From positions 1,881-65,880 of the forward strand of contig DATDHV010000180.1 in assembly GCA_036521395.1 (NCBI GenBank): DNA of 64,000 nt, written 5' to 3'. Below are positions 43,604 to 53,600 of the stretch, one piece after another; position 1 is the first letter of the stretch, and the number at the start of each line of letters is the position of its first letter. Made by a program: the position numbers and the translations under genes. Under the pieces are notes generated by a model. The model saw only the letters and a program-made list of their open reading frames with translations, did no database searches and was not told where the DNA came from. Origin of the DNA: Steroidobacteraceae bacterium (lineage in GTDB: Bacteria; Pseudomonadota; Gammaproteobacteria; Steroidobacterales; Steroidobacteraceae).

Positions 43604-44536
43604 TCAGCCGCGCGGATGATGGCTGGAATGCAGCTCTTTCATGCGCTCGCGCGCCACGTGCGTGTAGATCTGCGTGGTGGACAGGTCGCTGTGTCCGAGC
43701 AGCATCTGCACCACGCGCAGATCGGCGCCGTGATTGAGCAGGTGAGTGGCGAACGCATGCCGCAGGGTATGCGGCGAGAGATCACGGTCGACGCTGGCCT
43801 TGCGCGCGTAGCGCTTGATGATGTGCCAGAAGGCCTGGCGAGTCATGCGGTCGCCGCGGCGCGTCGGGAACAGGAAATCGGTACTGCGATCGAGCAGGAT
43901 GTCGGCCCGCGCGCCGTCGATGAAAGCCTTGAGCCAGCGTACGGCTTCCTCGCCCAGCGGGATCAGCCGTTCGCGATTGCCCTTGCCGAGTACGCGTATG
44001 ACTCCCTGATTCATGTTGACCTGACCGAGCTTGAGGTGCACGAGTTCCGACACACGCAGGCCGGTCGCATACAGCACCTCGAGCATGGTGCGATCGCGGT
44101 GGCCGAGCGGATCCGCCACGGCCGGGGCGCCCAGCAGCGCCTCGACCTCCGCCTCGCTCAGCGAACGGGGCAGCGAGCGGCCGATCTTGGGCATCGCGAT
44201 CTGCGCGGTTGGATCCTCGGCTATCAGAGCCTCGCGGATCAGATAGCGAAAGAAGCGGCGAAACGAGGACAGCTGGCGCGCGGTGGAACGGGGCCTGGCG
44301 CCGCCGTGCACGCGTGCGGCGATGAAGTCCATGAGGTCAGCGCGCCCGGTCTTGGGCAGCGTGACGTCGCGGCCGGCGAGCCAGCGCGACAGCGCGACGA
44401 GGTCGGCTCGATATGCCGCCAGCGTATTGGAGGACAGGCCGCGCTCCATCCATACCGCGTCGAGAAAGCGCGTGATGAATGGATCGACCGGATCCTTGAT
44501 GGCGCTCGCGACTGTCACTGTGGCCTGGCTGGTCAA
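43604..44536 (-). CDS. xerD: Tyrosine recombinase XerD
   Basis: ORF to 44617 (GTG). TTG 44536, preceded by AGGA, gives a ~310-aa protein. FLDAVWMERGLSSNTLAAYRADL, and the catalytic region RHAFATHLL...LLGHSDLSTTQIYTHV. Exact start is uncertain. Confidence 0.92.
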   Translation of the reverse strand: MTSQATVTVASAIKDPVDPFITRFLDAVWMERGLSSNTLAAYRADLVALSRWLAGRDVTLPKTGRADLMDFIAARVHGGARPRSTARQLSSFRRFFRYLIREALIAEDPTAQIAMPKIGRSLPRSLSEAEVEALLGAPAVADPLGHRDRTMLEVLYATGLRVSELVHLKLGQVNMNQGVIRVLGKGNRERLIPLGEEAVRWLKAFIDGARADILLDRSTDFLFPTRRGDRMTRQAFWHIIKRYARKASVDRDLSPHTLRHAFATHLLNHGADLRVVQMLLGHSDLSTTQIYTHVARERMKELHSSHHPRG

Positions 44537-44675
44537 TGCGATATCCTGCGATTCGGGGCATGTCTGGCCGCGGCAGTATGCTGAGCTTGGCGAGCGCTTC
44601 GATGTGATGATCCTCACAGGCGCGCCGGACCGTTAACATAAAGAGAACTGCATCACATCCAAAGAGCCCCAGCCA

Positions 44676-45461
44676 GTGGCAGACACCGGGCAAAGCGCCG
44701 CCAGTGCGCGGCCGTCACTGTTCGAGGGCGCACTGCGCCTGGCGTATGGAATCTACGCCTGGTCGCTCCTGGCGCTGTTCGCTCTCGTCGCACTGCCGGT
44801 GCTGCTGCTCACGCCCTCACTCGCGCGGCGCCGCGCCCTGGTGCACACACTGGCCGGCGGCGTGCTTCGGCTCGCCGGCATGCGCATGCAGGTGCGTGGC
44901 CTGCAGCGGCTCGAGGCGCCGTGCGTGGCGGTGGCCAATCATGCCAGCTACCTCGACGGCGTCGTTCTTGCCGCCGCACTGCCGCCTCACTTCAGTTTTG
45001 TGATCAAGCGCGAGATGGCCTCGGTGCCGCTGGCCGGCACGCTCCTGCGGCGCATCGGCGCCGAGTTCGTCGAGCGCCGCGATCGGCACGGCGGCGCCCG
45101 CGACGCGCGCCGGCTGCTGCGCACTGCTGCCGGCGGCCAGGCGCTGGCGTTCTTTCCCGAGGGCACCTTCAGCGCCGAGGTCGGCCTGCTGCAATTCCAC
45201 ATCGGCGCATTTGCGGCCGCCGCGCGCGCCGGACTGGCCGTCGTTCCGGTGGTGATTCGCGGCACGCGCGCGTGCCTGCCGCCCGACCACCTGCTGCCGC
45301 ACCCCGGCCCCATCGGGGTCGAGGTGCTGGCGCCGCTGCCGGCGGGCGATCCGGCGGCACTGCGCGATGGCGCGCGCGCCGCGCTGCTCGCAGCGCTCGG
45401 TGAGCCCGATCTCGCAGCCCGCGCGAGCGCCGCCGATCACGCACCGAAGCCCGCCACGTGA
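44676..45461 (+). CDS. 1-acyl-sn-glycerol-3-phosphate acyltransferase family protein
   Basis: 261 aa with acyltransferase motifs NHASYLDG and FFPEGTF. Confidence 0.85.
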   Translation: MADTGQSAASARPSLFEGALRLAYGIYAWSLLALFALVALPVLLLTPSLARRRALVHTLAGGVLRLAGMRMQVRGLQRLEAPCVAVANHASYLDGVVLAAALPPHFSFVIKREMASVPLAGTLLRRIGAEFVERRDRHGGARDARRLLRTAAGGQALAFFPEGTFSAEVGLLQFHIGAFAAAARAGLAVVPVVIRGTRACLPPDHLLPHPGPIGVEVLAPLPAGDPAALRDGARAALLAALGEPDLAARASAADHAPKPAT

Positions 45462-46648
45462 GCGGTGGCGTGCTGCACGAGCGCTACGCGCAAGCGCTGG
45501 GCGCGCGCGGTTATCAGGCCGATGCGGCCCAGCTCGCCGCGCTCGGGCAGCTCGAGGCGCTGCGTGCGCACCTGCTCGAGCCCCGCGCCGGCGCCTGGCG
45601 GCGGCTCGGGGGCGCGTGGCGGCGCCTGACCGGCCGCACCCGGCCGCGCGGGCTCGCGGCGCAGCGGCTGCTCGCGGCATCCGCGGCGTCCGCGGCGTCC
45701 GCAATGCCAGCAGCGCCAGCAGCGTTGGCCGCCGGCGGAGTGTATCTGTACGGCGCCGTGGGTCGAGGCAAGACCATGCTGCTGGATCTGTTCCACGAGG
45801 CCCTGCCGCCGGGGCTCGGCCAGCGCACTCATTTCCATCATTTCATGCGCGATGTACACGCGCGGCTCACGCACCTGCGAGCGCGGCGCGCGCCGCTCGA
45901 AGCGCTGGCGCGCGCACTCGCGAGGCACACGCGCGTGCTGTGCCTGGACGAGCTGTTCGTGAGCGACATCGCGGATGCCATGATCCTCGGCGCCTTGTTC
46001 GAGGCGCTGCTGCGCGCAGACGTAGCGCTCGTGATCACCTCCAATCTTGCGCCAAGTGAGCTCTATGGCGGGGGCCTGCAGCGCAGCCGCTTCCTGCCTA
46101 CGATCGAGTTGCTCGTGAGCCGCCTCGCGCAGTGCAGGCTCGACGGTGCGGTGGATTACCGGTTGCGCCAGCTCCAGCGGCTGCCCATCTATCTCGACAG
46201 CCGCGAGGCCGGCAGCAGCGCGCAGCTCGAGCGCCTGTTCGGCGAGCTCGCCGGCGGCAGCGGCGAGCGCAATCCGGCGCTGCGGCTTCTCGGCCGGACG
46301 GTGCGCGCCCTGCGCTGCCGGGCGGACGTGGTGTGGTTCGATTTCGCCACGCTGTGCGATGGCGCGCGCAGCCAGAACGACTACGCCGATCTGGCTCAGG
46401 AATTTCGTACGGTAATGCTCAGCGGCGTGCCGCTGTTCGGCGCACCGGAGCAGGATGACGCCGCCCGCCGTTTCATCGCGCTGGTGGATGAGTTCTACGA
46501 CCAGGGCACCAAGCTCGTGCTGTCAGCCGCCGCCGCGCCCCCCGGGCTCTACCCCTGCGGTCGCCTGCACGCCGAGTTTGCGCGCACCGCGAGCCGGCTG
46601 GTCGAAATGCAGGCGCCCGCCTACCTGGCCCGGTCGCGCCGCTCCTGA
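45458..46648 (+). CDS. zapE: Cell division protein ZapE (AFG1-like ATPase)
   Basis: 396 aa with Walker A GAVGRGKT and Walker B LCLDELFV. 4-bp overlap with the preceding gene. Confidence 0.88.
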   Translation: MSGGVLHERYAQALGARGYQADAAQLAALGQLEALRAHLLEPRAGAWRRLGGAWRRLTGRTRPRGLAAQRLLAASAASAASAMPAAPAALAAGGVYLYGAVGRGKTMLLDLFHEALPPGLGQRTHFHHFMRDVHARLTHLRARRAPLEALARALARHTRVLCLDELFVSDIADAMILGALFEALLRADVALVITSNLAPSELYGGGLQRSRFLPTIELLVSRLAQCRLDGAVDYRLRQLQRLPIYLDSREAGSSAQLERLFGELAGGSGERNPALRLLGRTVRALRCRADVVWFDFATLCDGARSQNDYADLAQEFRTVMLSGVPLFGAPEQDDAARRFIALVDEFYDQGTKLVLSAAAAPPGLYPCGRLHAEFARTASRLVEMQAPAYLARSRRS

Positions 46649-46751
46649 GCCGCGCGGTCACCAGGGCCACGATGACCACCATGGGCGCCGCGGCAGCTAC
46701 GCCGGAGCAGTTAATGTTACGAAGCCAACCGTTCGACGATAAAATAATGCC

Positions 46752-47312
46752 GTGAATGCCAATTCGTCATCTGCTCGAGCGCGCCTGCGGCAGCGGGCCG
46801 CCGATATCGATGCGACAGTGCGGCGCATCGCGGCGCGGCTCGGCGAGGTCCCGGTCACGGAAACCGTGGTGCTGCGCCTGATGGTGCTGCTCGGCGGGGA
46901 GATCTCCGCCCTGCTCGAGCAGGCCCTGCAACCACACGATCTGAACGAGACCGACTTTCGTACGCTGATGGTGCTGTTCTCGCAACCGGACGGGGTCGCG
47001 CATCCGAGCCAGCTCTGCGCATCGGTCGCGCAGAGTCCGGCCAACATGACGCGCGTGGCCGACAGCCTCAGCGAGCGCGGGCTGATCACGCGCGTGGCCA
47101 GCGAGCAGGACCGGCGCCGCACCATCCTGCGCATCACCCCTGCCGGCGAGGCGCTGGTCCGCGCATTGCTGCCGAAGACCGCCGCGCGCACGCGGGCGAT
47201 GTTCGAGCCGCTGCCGGCGGCCGCGCGCGCGCAGCTGCTCGAGCAGTTGCGCGCCCTGATCTCGCAGTTGGACGATGCCGCCGACCTCAACCTGGCGGGA
47301 AGTCGCGTGTGA
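46752..47312 (+). CDS. MarR-family transcriptional regulator
   Basis: 186 aa with LNETDFRTLMVLFSQPDGVAHPSQLCASVAQSPANMTRVADSLSERGLI..DRRRTILRITPAGE. Confidence 0.88.
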   Translation: MNANSSSARARLRQRAADIDATVRRIAARLGEVPVTETVVLRLMVLLGGEISALLEQALQPHDLNETDFRTLMVLFSQPDGVAHPSQLCASVAQSPANMTRVADSLSERGLITRVASEQDRRRTILRITPAGEALVRALLPKTAARTRAMFEPLPAAARAQLLEQLRALISQLDDAADLNLAGSRV

Positions 47313-47376
47313 GCCGGCCCGGCAGCGCGCTCGGGGTGTGCCATTGCGCCACGCGTTCAATGCTACGATTCCAACC

Positions 47377-48465
47377 ATGAGCGGAGATGCAGTAGTCGCG
47401 CGCTTCGAGATCCCCTATCGCGGCTGCCTGGCGCGCGACGGCGCGCTCTGCGGACCGTTGCCGGCCTTCGCCGCGGACGTCGAGCTGCTGCAGCGGCTCT
47501 ACCGCGTGATGGTGCGGGCGCGCGTGTTCGATGCCAAGGCCGTCAATCTGCAGCGCACCGGCAAGCTCGGCACGTATCCATCCTGCCTCGGCCACGAGGC
47601 CACGCACGTCGGAGCCGGCTCGGCGATGCGCCCGGAGGACGTGCTGTTCACGGTCTACCGTGAGGTGGGGAGCAAGTTCTGGCGCGGCGTGGACATGTAC
47701 GACATCCTGCTCTACTGGGGTGGCGACGAGCGGGGCACGCTGTACGTGCGGGCGCCACAGGATTTTCCGTTCTGCGTTCCCATCGGCTCGCAGATGCCGC
47801 AAGCGGCCGGGGCCGCGCTCGCGTTTCAGATCCGCGGCGAAGCGCGCTGTGCACTGGTGTTCGTCGGCGACGGCGGGACCTCGCAGGGAGCGTTCTACGA
47901 GGCGCTGAATCTCGCCGGCGCCAAGAAGCTGCCGCTGGTATGCGTGATCGTCAACAACCGCTGGGCGATCTCGGTGCCGGTGAGTGCGCAGACCGCGGCG
48001 CAGACGCTGGCGCAGAAGGCCATCGCGGCCGGCATCCCGGGACTGCAGGTCGACGGCAACGACGTACTGATCGTGCGCGAGACCGTGGCCGAAGCGCTCG
48101 AGCGGGCGCGCAGCGGCGGCGGTCCGACCGTGATCGAGGCGCTGACCTACCGCCTCAGCGACCACACCACCTCCGATGATGCCACGCGTTATCGCAGTGC
48201 CGAGGAAGTGGAGGCGGCGCGGCGCCTCGAGCCGCTCGCCCGCATGCGAACGTTCCTCGAGGCACGCGGCCTGTGGAATGAGGCGGCCGAGCAGGATCTG
48301 CGCCGCGAGTGCAGCGAAGCAGTGGACGCCGCCGTCAAGCAGTACCTGGCGACACCCAAGCAATCGAGCGATGCCATGTTCGACTATCTCTACGCGAGGC
48401 TCCCGCCGGCGCTGCGTGCGCAGCGCGAGGACGCGCGCCGCTTTACGGCGCCCCGGTCCCAGTAA
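47377..48465 (+). CDS. 2-oxoacid (branched-chain/pyruvate-type) dehydrogenase E1 alpha subunit, TPP-dependent
   Basis: Start moved to ATG 47377 (MSGDAVVARFEIPY). TPP motif VFVGDGGTSQGAFYEALNLA...NNRWAIS. Confidence 0.88.
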   Translation: MSGDAVVARFEIPYRGCLARDGALCGPLPAFAADVELLQRLYRVMVRARVFDAKAVNLQRTGKLGTYPSCLGHEATHVGAGSAMRPEDVLFTVYREVGSKFWRGVDMYDILLYWGGDERGTLYVRAPQDFPFCVPIGSQMPQAAGAALAFQIRGEARCALVFVGDGGTSQGAFYEALNLAGAKKLPLVCVIVNNRWAISVPVSAQTAAQTLAQKAIAAGIPGLQVDGNDVLIVRETVAEALERARSGGGPTVIEALTYRLSDHTTSDDATRYRSAEEVEAARRLEPLARMRTFLEARGLWNEAAEQDLRRECSEAVDAAVKQYLATPKQSSDAMFDYLYARLPPALRAQREDARRFTAPRSQ

Positions 48466-48484
48466 AGCAACAAGGACAGGCCCG

Positions 48485-49462
48485 ATGGCGAAGATGACGA
48501 TGGTCGAGGCCATCAACATGGCGCACGCCTGGGAGATGGCACAGGATCCGTCGGTGGTGGTGCTGGGGGAGGATGTGGGCACCAACGGCGGGGTGTTTCG
48601 CGCCACCGCCGGACTGCAGCAGCGTTTCGGCAAGATGCGGGTGCAGGACACGCCGCTCGCCGAGGGACTCATTGCCGGCGCCGCGATCGGTATGGCCGCG
48701 CAAGGCCTCAGGCCCGTGGCGGAAATACAGTTCATGGGATTCATCTACCCGGCGCTGGATCAGATCGCGAGCCATATGGCGCGGCTGCGCAATCGCACGC
48801 GCGGTCGCCTGAGCTGCCCGCTGGTCGTGCGCATGCCGCACGGCGGCGGCATTCACGCGCCCGAGCACCACTCCGAGAGTCTGGAGGCGGTGCTGTGCCA
48901 CCACGCCGGGCTCAGGGTGGTGTGCCCCTCCTCGCCCGCGCGCGCCTATGGGCTGCTGCTCGCGGCGATCCGCGATCCCGATCCGGTCATCTTCCTCGAG
49001 CCGGTTCGCCTGTACCGCTTTGCCAGGCAGGACGTGGCCGACGACGGGCAGGCGCTGCCCATCGGCAATTGCTTCGTGCTGCGCGAGGGCAGCGACCTGA
49101 CGGTGGTCACCTGGGGCGCGATGACGGTGGACAGCCTCAAGGCTGCGGGACAGATGGCCGCCGAAGGGGTGAGCTGCGAGGTCATCGATGTCGGCACCCT
49201 GTCCCCGATCGACTTCGAGACCATACTCGATTCGGTGGTCAAGACCGGACGGCTGCTGATCGTGCACGAGGCGCCGCGGAACGTGGGCCTCGGCGCCGAG
49301 ATCGCCGCCACGGTGGCCGAACAGGCGCTGTACGATCTGCAGGCGCCCATCAGGCGCGTGACCGGTTACGACACCATCATGCCGCTCTACCGACTCGAGT
49401 ACGACTATATCCCCGGTGTTGCTCGCATCATGGACGGCATCCGGGCCACGGTGGCGGATTGA
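48485..49462 (+). CDS. 2-oxoacid dehydrogenase E1 beta subunit
   Basis: Start at ATG 48485 (MAKMTMVEAINMAHAWEMAQDPSVVVLGEDVG). Transketolase-like pyrimidine-binding and C-terminal domains. Confidence 0.9.
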   Translation: MAKMTMVEAINMAHAWEMAQDPSVVVLGEDVGTNGGVFRATAGLQQRFGKMRVQDTPLAEGLIAGAAIGMAAQGLRPVAEIQFMGFIYPALDQIASHMARLRNRTRGRLSCPLVVRMPHGGGIHAPEHHSESLEAVLCHHAGLRVVCPSSPARAYGLLLAAIRDPDPVIFLEPVRLYRFARQDVADDGQALPIGNCFVLREGSDLTVVTWGAMTVDSLKAAGQMAAEGVSCEVIDVGTLSPIDFETILDSVVKTGRLLIVHEAPRNVGLGAEIAATVAEQALYDLQAPIRRVTGYDTIMPLYRLEYDYIPGVARIMDGIRATVAD

Positions 49463-49496
49463 TCGGGCGGCGGGCTCGCGCACGAGGCAGGCAGTC

Positions 49497-50666
49497 ATGA
49501 CGGTTTTCAAATTGCCCGATCTCGGTGAGGGCTTGTCGGAAGCCGAAGTACTGCAATGGCACGTCCGGGTCGGCGACCGCATTGAGGTCGATGCGCCCAT
49601 GCTGTCGGTGGAGACGGCCAAGGCCGTGGTCGAGGTGCCCTCGCCTGTCAGCGGCACCATCACGGCACTGCATGCCAAACCCGGCGACCGCATCGAGATC
49701 GGAGCGCCGCTGATCGAGTTCGCGCTCGATGGGCCACCGGCGGATCCGGCACCGGATTCGGGCACGGTCGTCGGTCACATGCCGGCGTTCTCCGAGGATC
49801 AGGCCGGCAGTACGACGCTCGAGGCGGCCGCGGCCGTCACCGCGCCCCGGGCGCGGGCCGTGCCCGCGGCGCGCGCGCTCGCGCGCGCACTCGGCATTGA
49901 CCTCGGCGCGCTGGTGGGCTCCGGCCGCGGCGGCCTCATCACCGTCGAGGACCTCATGGCGGTCGCCGTGCCCGGGCAGCGGCGCGCCGAAGCATCGCCG
50001 GCGGCCGCCCTGAGCCCGCCGGACGGCTCGGGCGCCGAGATCCAGCCGCTGCGCAGCCTGCGCCGGACCATGGCTCAGAGCATGAGCGCCTCGCGCGCCG
50101 GCGTTGCCGCCTGCACGGTGTTCGACGACGCCGATCTCCATCGCTGGAGCGGCGGGGACTATAGCGTGCGAGTGCTGCGGGCGATCGCCGTGGCGGCGCG
50201 CGTCGAGCCGGGACTCAATGCCTGGTACGACGCGGTGTCGCAAAACCGTCTGTTGTTCCCGCACGTTGACGTCGGTCTGGCAGTAGATACCCCGGACGGG
50301 CTGCTGGTGCCGGTACTGCGCCACATCGAGCAGCTCGCGCCCGCGCAGCTGCGCGCCGAGCTCGATCGGCTCAAGCGCGCCGCGCGCGAGCGCACCGTCA
50401 AGGCCGAGGAGCTGCGCCATTTCACCTTCATGCTGTCCAACTTCGGCACCCTGGCCGGCCGCTACGCGACGCCGGTGGTAGTGCTGCCAGCGGTCGCAAT
50501 CCTCGGTACCGGGCGCGTGCGCCAGGACGTGCTCGCGATCGAGGGCCGGGTCGAGATCCACGCGCGCATGCCCCTGTCGCTGACCTTCGACCACCGCGTC
50601 GTCACCGGCGGCGAGGCGGTGCGCTTCCTCGGTGCCGTGATCGCCGATCTCGAGCGGCACGAATGA
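49497..50666 (+). CDS. Dihydrolipoamide acyltransferase (E2) component
   Basis: Start at ATG 49497 (MTVFKLPDLGEGLSEAEV). Lipoyl-Lys context VETAKAV, a subunit-binding domain, and a catalytic domain with FDHRVVTGG. Confidence 0.88.
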   Translation: MTVFKLPDLGEGLSEAEVLQWHVRVGDRIEVDAPMLSVETAKAVVEVPSPVSGTITALHAKPGDRIEIGAPLIEFALDGPPADPAPDSGTVVGHMPAFSEDQAGSTTLEAAAAVTAPRARAVPAARALARALGIDLGALVGSGRGGLITVEDLMAVAVPGQRRAEASPAAALSPPDGSGAEIQPLRSLRRTMAQSMSASRAGVAACTVFDDADLHRWSGGDYSVRVLRAIAVAARVEPGLNAWYDAVSQNRLLFPHVDVGLAVDTPDGLLVPVLRHIEQLAPAQLRAELDRLKRAARERTVKAEELRHFTFMLSNFGTLAGRYATPVVVLPAVAILGTGRVRQDVLAIEGRVEIHARMPLSLTFDHRVVTGGEAVRFLGAVIADLERHE

Positions 50667-53600
50667 GCGCGGGCCGCTCGCTGGCGGCCGCGCTGCTGCG
50701 CGCCTGGCAGGGATCGGTCCCCAAGGAAGAATGGCGCCTCCTCGATCGTGCCGCGCTGCGCGCAGCGTGCGCCTCGCAGTTTGAATTCGGACGCCGCCGG
50801 CGCCGCAATCAGACGCTGCTGCGCGTGCTGTGCGCGCCACCGGCCGGCAGGCCACGCGCGCGGCCCGGCGCCGGGGTTACACCCGCACCTGCTTACTCGG
50901 TGGTCCAGCTGATCACCGATGACATGCCATTCCTGGTCGACACGCTGAGCATGACGCTGGCGCAGGCGGGCATCGGCGCACACACCATCATTCACCCCAT
51001 CCTGCGCGTGCAGCGCGATGCCGCCGGCCGTATCCGCGCGCTCGATCAGGATTTGCAGGCCGAGGGTGGACGGCACGAGTCGTGGCAGTTCCTGCACATC
51101 GACCGGCTGGGGGATGAGGCCGAATGCGCCCAGCTCGAGCACCGGCTGAGCGCCGCGCTGGCCGACGTCCGGCGTGCCTGCCGCGATTGGATGCGCATGC
51201 GTAATGAAGTGCTGCGGTTGTGCGCGGACATCAGCCGCCATCCGCCGCCGGTGCCGGCGGATGTGATCGCCGAGAGCCGCGCCCTGCTGCAGTACATGGA
51301 GAGCCATCACTTCACGTTCCTGGGGTATCGCGAGAATGCGCTGTACCGGCGCGGGGGGCGGCTGGAGCTGCGGCCCGTGCCGGGCACGGGCCTCGGGTTG
51401 CTGCGGCGCCGCCGCCGCCATGCCCGCGACAGCGCTGTGGCCGCGGCCAACATCCAACGCGCACTGCGCTCCCGGGATCTGCTGGTCATCACCAAGGCCA
51501 ACCTGCGTTCGACCGTGCATCGCAGCGCCTACCTCGACTATGTCGGGGTCAAACGCTTCGATGCACGCGGCCGTCCCATCGGCGAAGCGCGCATCCTCGG
51601 CTTGTGGAATTCGAGCGCCTATCGCGCCGATCCACGCCAGGTGCCCTGGCTGCGCCACAAGCTCAAGCGTGTCATAGAGCATTTCCCGTTCGCACCCGCC
51701 AGTCACGACGGCAAGCGTCTGCTGCAGATCCTGCAGCGACTGCCGCGCGATGAGCTGTTCCAGGCGAGCGTGCCGGACCTGATCCGCTGTGCGCGCGATG
51801 TGCTGGTGCTGCAGGAGCGCGCGCGCGTGCGCCTGATCCTGCGGCGCGATGAGTTCCGGCGCTTCTGGTCGTGCCTGGTGTATCTGCCGCGTGAGCGCTG
51901 CGACGCCGCTGCGCAGGCGCGCATCGAGAGTCTGCTGTGCAGCGCCCTCCACGGTACGGGGCTCGATGCCAGCCTCGCGATCGGCGATGAGCCGCTGGCA
52001 CAGCTTCACGTCCTGGTGCGGGTCGATCCGGAGCGTCACCCGCGCCTGCACATCGAGCGCCTGGAGCGCGACATCGCCGCGGCCGTGGTGTCCTGGCGCG
52101 ATCGCCTGCGCTCGGCGCTGCAGCACCGATTCGACGATGCGCGCGCGCGCGCGCTCGAGCGGCGCTACCAGCCGGCCTTTCCCGCCTCCTACCGGCAGGA
52201 CGTCGATGCCGAACAGGCGGTCGATGACATCCTCGATATCGAGGGCATCGAGGGCGCGCCGGAACTGATGCAATTGCGGCTCTATCGCCCGCCGCAACAG
52301 GCCGCCCATCGCGTACACCTGGCCATCATCCGCCGCGGCGATGCGCTACCGGTTTCCGATGTGCTGCCGACCTTCGAGCACTTCGGCCTGAAGGTGATCG
52401 AAGAGCGCCCGTACCGGCTGGACTTCGCCGACCGCGGCGTCGTCTGGATCCAGGACTTCGAGCTCGAGCACCATGCCATGCAGCGCTTCGTGCTCGCGCG
52501 CGTGGCCGGCGCGGTGACGGCCGCATTCCGCGCCGTGCGCGCCGGCGAGCTCGACGACGACGGATTCAACCGCCTGCTCATCGCCGCCGAGCTCGACCTG
52601 CGCCAAGTCACGGTGCTGCGTGCCTGCTGTCGCTATCTGCTGCAGACGGGTATCCCCTTCAGCCAGAGTTACATGGAGCGGGTGCTCGCCGCGCACGCGC
52701 GCACGGCACGCACCCTGTGCCTGCTGTTCGAGCAGCGTCTGGCCCCCGCCGCGTCTCGCTCGGCGCCGCAGCGCGCTGCGCTGCTCGAGCAGCGCATTCG
52801 CCGCGCCATCGAGGCGGTAGCAAGCCCGGACGAGGACCGGATTCTGCGCGCCTTTCTGGCCGTGATCCGCGCCACGCTGCGCACCAATTATTTCCGGCGC
52901 GACGCTGCCGGGGCGCCGCGCCCGTGGTTGTCGCTCAAGCTCGACCCCGGCCAGATACCGGGTCTGCCGCAGCCACGGCCGGCCTATGAGATCTTCGTGC
53001 ACAGTCCGCGGGTCGAAGGCCTGCACCTGCGCAAAGGCGCCATCGCCCGCGGCGGCATCCGCTGGTCCGAGCGGCCGGAGGACTTCCGCACCGAGATACT
53101 CGGTCTCATGAAGGCCCAGCACGTTAAGAACACCGTCATTGTGCCAGTCGGAGCCAAAGGTGGCTTCGTGGCGCGCCGCCTGGCGTCGCGCACGCCGCGC
53201 GAGCGAGCACAGCGCGAGATCATCGAATGCTACGGCGGCTTCATCCGCGGCCTGCTCGATCTCACCGACAACATCGTCGAGGGCCGCATCGTGCCGCCCA
53301 GCCAGGTACGCCGGCTCGACGGCGACGACCCGTATCTGGTGGTGGCGGCGGACAAGGGCACCGCCTCCTTCTCCGACATCGCCAATGCGATCGCGGGCGA
53401 ATACGGCTTATGGCTCGGCGACGCCTTCGCCTCGGGCGGGTCGGCCGGCTACGACCACAAACGCATGGGCATCACGGCGCGCGGCGCCTGGGAGTGCGTC
53501 AAGCGGCACTTCCGCGAGCTCGGACGCGACATCCAGCACGCACCGTTCACGGTTGCGGGCATCGGCGACATGTCCGGCGACGTGTTCGGCAACGCCATGC

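Noticed and set aside
43604-44617. Tyrosine recombinase as a marker of a mobile element
   Set aside because: Sequence and synteny (xerD-dsbC) identify the housekeeping chromosome-dimer resolvase XerD. No flanking repeats, phage genes or cargo genes are present.
47287-50855. Three overlapping 440-485-aa minus-strand ORFs (47287..48744, 48443..49765, 49428..50855) opposite the E1/E2 genes
   Set aside because: They are antisense to genes with TPP, transketolase and lipoyl/catalytic motifs. There is no RBS or domain evidence.
50462-52318. 618-aa ORF antisense to the 5' third of the NAD-glutamate dehydrogenase gene
   Set aside because: It lies entirely opposite a 1600-aa ORF with clear GDH motifs. 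Its composition is Arg/Ala/Gly/His-rich with no recognisable domain. Long stop-free antisense frames are expected at this GC content.
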